Assembly (NCBI GenBank): GCA_041572575.1
Contig: JBFFSH010000028.1
Span: forward strand, 1 to 30,313
Length of the DNA stretch: 30,313 nucleotides
Direction of reading: 5' to 3'
DNA from: Thermodesulfobacteriota bacterium
GTDB lineage: Bacteria > Desulfobacterota_D > UBA1144 > Nemesobacterales > N074bin48
In this document: positions 24,938 through 30,313 of the stretch, in pieces
Position numbering within the stretch: the first letter of the stretch is position 1
How the letters are laid out: every line of letters begins with the position of its first letter
Program-made: the position numbers and the translations under genes
Notes under the pieces: model-generated
Told to the model about the DNA's origin: nothing
What the model saw: the letters and a program-made list of their open reading frames with translations, nothing else
The model's database searches: none

Positions 24938-26335
24938 TTAATGCCCAAAACAAGTCCTGCATTCTGTGGGTTTATGACTGGGATTCGCATCGAACCATTC
25001 GATGTGACGCCTAAGGTCTTCAAGCAGCATATCGGCAAGGTCGCGACTGAACCCTTCTTTTACTACAACACGTAGGGCAGCTATATTCTCACAGTTTTTT
25101 GGAAAAGTATACGCCGGAACCTGCCAACCTCGTTGCCGCAAACGATCAGATAGATCAAACACGGTATAATTGCCGCTCTTTAACACTTTATCCTTAAGTT
25201 TAAATGCAAAAACAGGAATATCGCTACCGTCGCTTAGCAAATCAAAAGGCCCAAGCTTGGCTATCTCTGCCGAGAGATAAAGAGCAACGTCCTGGCTTGC
25301 CTGATGGATGCGTCTGTAGCCCTCAAATCCTAAACGCAGGAAGTTGTAATACTGTGCTACTACGTAGTTTCCGGGACGTGAGAAGTTGATGGCAAAAGTC
25401 GGCATGTCGCCACCTAGGTAGTTAACCCGAAATATTAGTTCTTCAGGAAGTGCCTCTTCAGTACGCCAAATGATCCATCCTATACCCGGATAGACAAGTC
25501 CGTACTTGTGCCCTGAGGTATTAATTGACTGCACACGGGGCACGCGGAAATCCCACTCCAGATCTGGCTGTAGAAACGGGGCAACAAAACCGCCGCTTGC
25601 TCCGTCAACATGGATGGGGATATCAAGACCTTTTTCCTTTTGCAGCTTGTCCAATGCGTCGTTTATTTCCTTTACAGGCTCATAGCTCCCTTCAAAAGTA
25701 CTTCCCATAATAGCGACCACACCAATCGTGTTCTCATCGCAAAGAGCTGCCGCCTGCTCGGCGTCCATTATATACCGGCCTTTTTCCATGGGTACAAACC
25801 GCGGCTCGATGTCCCAGAAGGTACAAAATTTATCCCAGCATATCTGAACGTTTATACCCATTACCATATTCGGTTTGTCCGTAGGTTTTCCGGCTGCTCT
25901 CATCTTCTCTCTCCATTTCCACTTAAGAGCCATACCCCCAAGCATAGAAGCCTCGCTGGAACCTATTGTCGAAGTGCCGGTTGCAATCTCATTTTCAGGT
26001 GAGTTCCAAAGTCTCGAAATTATATTAACGCAGCGCATCTCTATCTCGGCTGTCTGGGGATATTCGTCCTTGTCGATCATATTCTTCTCAAATGTTTCGG
26101 TGAGAAGTTTAGTGACTTCCGGCTCCATCCATGTGGTAACAAAAGTTGCTAGGTTGAGCCTTGCATTACCGTCTAGCATAAGCTCGTCCTTAATTAGGTT
26201 ATATGCTGTGTCGGGCAGCATTTCGCCCTTGGGTATTTCGTATTTTGGTATATTTGATGTGAGAGGGTCCCGAGTATAAAGCGGTGTTAAAACGGGACTT
26301 TGTTTAGAATCGCCGAGTTTTTTCTGTTTTTGCAT
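24938..26335 (-). CDS. gadB: Glutamate decarboxylase (PLP-dependent)
   Basis: LNLATFVTT, KNMIDKDEYPQTA, TIGSSEA, HVDGASGG, SGHKYG, NFSRP; C-terminal His. Confidence 0.96.
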   Translation of the reverse strand: MQKQKKLGDSKQSPVLTPLYTRDPLTSNIPKYEIPKGEMLPDTAYNLIKDELMLDGNARLNLATFVTTWMEPEVTKLLTETFEKNMIDKDEYPQTAEIEMRCVNIISRLWNSPENEIATGTSTIGSSEASMLGGMALKWKWREKMRAAGKPTDKPNMVMGINVQICWDKFCTFWDIEPRFVPMEKGRYIMDAEQAAALCDENTIGVVAIMGSTFEGSYEPVKEINDALDKLQKEKGLDIPIHVDGASGGFVAPFLQPDLEWDFRVPRVQSINTSGHKYGLVYPGIGWIIWRTEEALPEELIFRVNYLGGDMPTFAINFSRPGNYVVAQYYNFLRLGFEGYRRIHQASQDVALYLSAEIAKLGPFDLLSDGSDIPVFAFKLKDKVLKSGNYTVFDLSDRLRQRGWQVPAYTFPKNCENIAALRVVVKEGFSRDLADMLLEDLRRHIEWFDANPSHKPTECRTCFGH

Positions 26336-26512
26336 TAGTGTTCTCCTGTGTTTTATTTTCTATGGTAGAGACGTTGTAACTATGGTCACCTGTGAGATAA
26401 AAATATAACCCTCCTCTGTATAACCGGATAAATAAATATTTTAATCTTAATAATTTGTGAAATTAACGGATATATATGTACCTAATCCAGTAGTCAGATT
26501 ATTTAAATTAGT

Positions 26513-27016
26513 TTAAGGATTTACCTGAATATTTCCTGCACGGATATTCATTAAACCCAATCCCAGATCCTCCGTACATTCATCTGGATCGGGAGGCTCA
26601 TCTACTTCCACTATTAAAAGAGTCATGCGATCACCGGTGTTTCTAAACCCCTCTCCATTGTCTTCTACTCGAAACCAAACCTCGTCGCCAAGAAGACTGT
26701 CGAGGCCTTCTCCCATTATCTGCGTAATAATTCCACTCATTGTTGCCTGGTTTCCATTAATCTCAAGGCAGTCCAGTTTTGCTTTGACCCGGACTCCAAC
26801 ACTACGGTTTTTTAATACAAGACTTCCAATAACCTTGCTGTTTTTTAATTCCCTTGCATGAAAAGAAAACGTTCTGAGATCACCTTCTTCTACCAGGTTG
26901 CCATGACCGCTTGCATATGGACCGGCGCTGCCGGCTATTACCTGGGTGCTATAACCTGCCAAGAGAGCAAATAACAACAATAAGATGATAGATATGCTGG
27001 TTTTACTTTTTATCAT
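26513..27016 (-). CDS. Secreted hypothetical beta-rich protein
   Basis: Signal peptide; G-x-G...FSF-x-A...VEDNGEG...GD...GNIQV pattern; ATG at 27016 after GAGGTG. Confidence 0.75.
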   Translation of the reverse strand: MIKSKTSISIILLLLFALLAGYSTQVIAGSAGPYASGHGNLVEEGDLRTFSFHARELKNSKVIGSLVLKNRSVGVRVKAKLDCLEINGNQATMSGIITQIMGEGLDSLLGDEVWFRVEDNGEGFRNTGDRMTLLIVEVDEPPDPDECTEDLGLGLMNIRAGNIQVNP

Positions 27017-27053
27017 TAGACACCTCACCCCACTATATTTATTACTTACTTTT

Positions 27054-27082
27054 CTTATATAAAAAATTGCCGGGAATGTCAA
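27054..27082 (-). promoter_or_regulatory. Sigma70 promoter
   Basis: TTGACA-17-TATAAG on the minus strand upstream of 27016. Confidence 0.55.
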
Positions 27083-27098
27083 TGATAGATATTACTAG

Positions 27099-27896
27099 TT
27101 ATTTCATATGATGTGCTGCACCGATGAGCAGACGAACAATAGCGGTAATAACAAAACCGCTGAGCATTATAACGAACCCTCTTTTATTTTTACAGCTTTT
27201 AATCATAGGTGCATCTTCATGTTCATGCAGTGTACTCATGTATAAAAAAGTGCCAGCGGCAAGAGCCAGAATCGTCCCCTTAACTATTATCATGGTGCTT
27301 TCTGAAAGATATTGATGTATATCCTGACCAACAACAATCCCAACAGGTGTCGAGAGTGCAAATAGACTAAAAATAATATAAGTCTGATGCTTTTTGAGTG
27401 TGCTCCGAACCATCTTTAGAGCAAGAGCAAATGCAGCCGATGATTTATGAGCCATTATGGCTATCCATATAAATAATGCAGCAGATGTTTCACTTACGCC
27501 TAGTGCTGTTCCAAGAAAGAATGATGGAATGGCAATCATCACTGTCATAATTATAGGAATACCTGCAGGCGCTGGCTCGTCTACATTACTGTTGCTCTTT
27601 TTGTGAATGTGTCTTGTAAAATGTTCCAGACCAAGTAAGAACAAAAATGCACCTATCACAATTACTGTAGCTATAGGATAATCCACTTTAGGGAATGCCT
27701 TACCTAACAAATGAAGCGATGAGGGAAGCATAAGAGTAAGTGACAGGGCCAAAAAAACCCCTGCTGTAAAAGCCTGTCCAAAGGAAACACCAATTGACTG
27801 CTGCTCCTTTTGCTGCCGGAAAAGTGGATAAAACCCACCTGCAAAAGTAACCAGTAAAATAGTAATAAGAGATAACCACTGGAAGTTAGTCAGCAT
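27099..27896 (-). CDS. ZIP-family divalent metal transporter
   Basis: AFTAGVFL, HLL, LEH, AIMAHK, STPVG, AAGTFLY; about 8 TM segments. Confidence 0.88.
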   Translation of the reverse strand: MLTNFQWLSLITILLVTFAGGFYPLFRQQKEQQSIGVSFGQAFTAGVFLALSLTLMLPSSLHLLGKAFPKVDYPIATVIVIGAFLFLLGLEHFTRHIHKKSNSNVDEPAPAGIPIIMTVMIAIPSFFLGTALGVSETSAALFIWIAIMAHKSSAAFALALKMVRSTLKKHQTYIIFSLFALSTPVGIVVGQDIHQYLSESTMIIVKGTILALAAGTFLYMSTLHEHEDAPMIKSCKNKRGFVIMLSGFVITAIVRLLIGAAHHMK

Positions 27897-27914
27897 CGTT
27901 TTTTATCAAAATAT

Positions 27915-28274
27915 TCATACATGCTTACCAAGACCTGCAAGCACTTTAATGGTCTTCTTAAGCTCATCCACATCAAGATCAAAGATATCAAACGATCTGT
28001 TGAGTGTAACCATCCTAATATTTTCTGCTACAATTTCGCTTCCGCCATCAACCCAGTAAACGCAGATCACATGCTCCACTCCGGTCGGAAGTTTAAACAT
28101 TATGGACTTATATTGTTTTATACCCATTATGACAGGAATATCTGATACCAATTCTGCTTGTATGCCATCCACTCCATTAAAATCAGAAATGAGCTCATCT
28201 GTTAAAGGCTTCACAATATCACTGAATATTGCCGTAACCCTGTTTTGTATCTCAGTATCAAAGTCTTCTGCCAT
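27915..28274 (-). CDS. Hypothetical protein
   Basis: 119-aa ORF co-oriented with the ZIP gene; no motif recognised. Confidence 0.65.
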   Translation of the reverse strand: MAEDFDTEIQNRVTAIFSDIVKPLTDELISDFNGVDGIQAELVSDIPVIMGIKQYKSIMFKLPTGVEHVICVYWVDGGSEIVAENIRMVTLNRSFDIFDLDVDELKKTIKVLAGLGKHV

Positions 28275-28360
28275 ATTAATTATTCGTAGTTTAAAAATAT
28301 TATATTAATATAACTATATAATATTTGTTAAATAAAATCTTTATTAATTCATAATATCAA

Positions 28361-29578
28361 ATGAGCATAAAACTAAATGACATACAGCAAGCAAGACATA
28401 TCATTAAAGACAGGGTTCTTAATACCCCCTGCTCTGTTTCGCTTGCACTCTCAAAACTCACGGGCACTGAGACTATACTTAAATTCGAAAACAAGCAGTT
28501 TACAGGGTCATTCAAGGATAGAGGGGCACTAGTCAAACTCCTTTCTCTGGATGACAAGACTAAGAAGCAGGGTGTGATAGCAATGTCTGCCGGAAACCAC
28601 GCTCAGGCAGTAGCTTATCATAGTAAGTCATTGGATATACCGGCAACAATTGTGATGCCCATAAATACTCCAAATGTAAAAGTTAGAAAAACACAGTCTT
28701 TTGGCGCTGAAGTTGTTCTGCATGGAAAAGATTTGTTTGAAGCAGGGCAGTATACAAAAAAATTAATGTCAGAAAAAAACTTAACACTTATTCATCCCTA
28801 CAATGATGAGAAGATTATTTCAGGGCAGGGCACTATAGCGCTTGAAATGCTTGAGGATTATCCGGATTTGGATGTGCTTGTAGTACCTATCGGGGGTGGC
28901 GGTCTAATTTCGGGTAATGCAATTGCCGCAAAGGCAATAAAACAAGATATAAAAATAATAGGAGTGCAGACTGAAAACTATCCTTCTATGTATAAAGCGG
29001 TGAAGGCAGAAGAAGCTGTATTCCAATCAAGTAGTATTGCAGATGGTATTGCCGTAAAAACTCCCGGAAGCCTTACACTCGAAATCATTAGAGATTTGGT
29101 TGATGAAATAGTGCTTGTAAGTGAAATCGAGATTGAGGAAGCTGTACTAACTCTTTTAGAGATAGAAAAAAGCGTTGTAGAAGGAGCAGGGGCTGTAGGA
29201 CTTGCAGCAATGTTGCAGGATAAGGAAAAGTTTAGCGATAAAAAGACGGGGCTCATTCTTTCAGGTGGCAATATAGACCTTCTTGTGCTCTCATCAATCA
29301 TACAGAGGGGGCTTGCAAGAACTCACAGGCTTGCAAGGCTAAAAATTATTATTCCCGATGTTCCGGGTTCTTTATCCGACGTTACAGAGCTTCTTGGAAA
29401 CTCCAATGCTAATATTATTGAAGTTAGACACCAAAGAGCCTTTACGAATCTATCACTTAAATCTGCCGAGGTTGAATTTGTAATACAGACACTGGGAACG
29501 GATCATTTAGAAGAAATAATCAAGACTATCAAGGATGCTGACTATGATGTTCACCTGGAAGATATAGAAGTATTTTGA
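28361..29578 (+). CDS. ilvA: Threonine ammonia-lyase (short form with C-terminal ACT domain)
   Basis: KFENKQFTGSFKDRGA, SAGNHAQ, PIGGGGL, SGGNID, ACT motif PDVPGSL. Confidence 0.93.
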   Translation: MSIKLNDIQQARHIIKDRVLNTPCSVSLALSKLTGTETILKFENKQFTGSFKDRGALVKLLSLDDKTKKQGVIAMSAGNHAQAVAYHSKSLDIPATIVMPINTPNVKVRKTQSFGAEVVLHGKDLFEAGQYTKKLMSEKNLTLIHPYNDEKIISGQGTIALEMLEDYPDLDVLVVPIGGGGLISGNAIAAKAIKQDIKIIGVQTENYPSMYKAVKAEEAVFQSSSIADGIAVKTPGSLTLEIIRDLVDEIVLVSEIEIEEAVLTLLEIEKSVVEGAGAVGLAAMLQDKEKFSDKKTGLILSGGNIDLLVLSSIIQRGLARTHRLARLKIIIPDVPGSLSDVTELLGNSNANIIEVRHQRAFTNLSLKSAEVEFVIQTLGTDHLEEIIKTIKDADYDVHLEDIEVF

Positions 29579-29582
29579 GTTA

Positions 29583-30119
29583 TTAAAAATAAAAAGCCAG
29601 TTCTAAAAGATGCCTGTTAAGCCCCCTGCCATCGAATATTCCGGCATCGGACAGGTGGTAAAATCGGTATCCTACCAGAAATTTCTCTGTAAGTTTATAT
29701 GCCAGCCCCCCATGTGCTGCAAACTGAAAAGGTCCTCCAAAATTGTGCTCACCTATATCGTCTTCGGTAACAAGCGCTCCTCCACCTGCAAGATCAAAAA
29801 CAAGCTTGTTATCTATGGCAAAAAGAGCAAGCCCACCTGAAAGAGTAAAAAAGTATCCAGTGTCCTTCTTTTGTTTAAGGCCGCCTGCAGAAAAATTGAG
29901 TTTTGGTTTAATATAAAGATTAGGACTGCTATAGATTTTATATGTAAGTGGAAGCCCAATATTTGTATCGATTTCAAGGGATCTAAAATCCCTCTCATTA
30001 TAGTTTGAGGTTCCTAGTCTGAGTCCGACTGTTCTATACTCAATATCCTCACTGTTTGCAGGATCTGGTGAATAAATGAAAATCACACTAACTAATAATA
30101 TGAATATATATTTATTCAT
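29583..30119 (-). CDS. Lipid A 3-O-deacylase (PagL)-like outer-membrane beta-barrel
   Basis: Signal peptide, FGGPFQF, YRFYHLSDAG (HxS catalytic motif), GLN, C-terminal Phe. Confidence 0.82.
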   Translation of the reverse strand: MNKYIFILLVSVIFIYSPDPANSEDIEYRTVGLRLGTSNYNERDFRSLEIDTNIGLPLTYKIYSSPNLYIKPKLNFSAGGLKQKKDTGYFFTLSGGLALFAIDNKLVFDLAGGGALVTEDDIGEHNFGGPFQFAAHGGLAYKLTEKFLVGYRFYHLSDAGIFDGRGLNRHLLELAFYF

Positions 30120-30179
30120 GGAGTTTAATTGCTTATAATATTATTGTTGAAGCTTAAGTAGTAATATTATAATAGATTA

Positions 30180-30313
30180 GGGCATTAGACGTTGTTAGGA
30201 GTAGTATATATGATAAAGAGCAATGATAAAGCGGTATTCATGGCAATTAACAGTGGGAAAAATATCACGAATTTTTTCACACGCAAAATATGGAAAAAAC
30301 AAGACATGCAAGA
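30180..30313 (+). mobile_element. IS1595-family insertion sequence, left end (partial)
   Basis: IR 30180-30204 GGGCATTAGAC-GTTGTTA-GGAGTAG versus reverse complement of 109-133 GGGCATTAGAC-ATCTGGC-GGAGTAG; AGGAG RBS and an ORF open from ATG 30210 to the window end. Confidence 0.82.

Noticed and set aside
1821..29998. Numerous antisense or nested ORFs (e.g. 1821-2483, 5932-6414, 16657-17061, 21481-21843, 25610-26279)
   Set aside because: They are shadow frames of well-supported genes, with no independent signals.
30133..30172. Inverted repeat TTATAATATTA...TAATATTATAA beside the IS end
   Set aside because: Made only of A/T in a very AT-rich promoter region, so it cannot be distinguished from chance.

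Overview
AT-rich bacterial chromosomal segment, probably a diderm (PagL-like gene). Both ends stop inside the same IS1595-family element: the transposase C-terminus and right IR at 1-133, the left IR and transposase N-terminus at 30180-30313. The same 7-mer, TAGATTA, lies on the inner side of both ends. Contents in order: a complete Sec-type (clade II) N2O reductase operon (cytochrome c, nosZ, an unknown secreted protein, nosB, nosDFYL) behind a sigma54-type promoter; tRNA(CAT); an M23 peptidase-bactofilin operon; tadA; rpmH-rnpA-yidD-yidC-jag without adjacent dnaA or mnmE; a nitroreductase-like protein; mutS, yraN, ispH; mazEF; a gadB-amidase-MFS-APC operon; a ZIP transporter; threonine ammonia-lyase; a PagL-like protein. 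The most novel signal is a pair of homologous, unannotated non-coding units (about 8247-8364 and 10003-10094). Each has a matching sigma70 promoter, an identical tandem anti-Shine-Dalgarno seed (CATCCTCCATCCTCCTT) and a covarying terminator. The seed is almost perfectly complementary to the double-SD leader of nosB and partly to the M23, nosZ and jag leaders. All calls come from reading motifs by eye; no searches were run.
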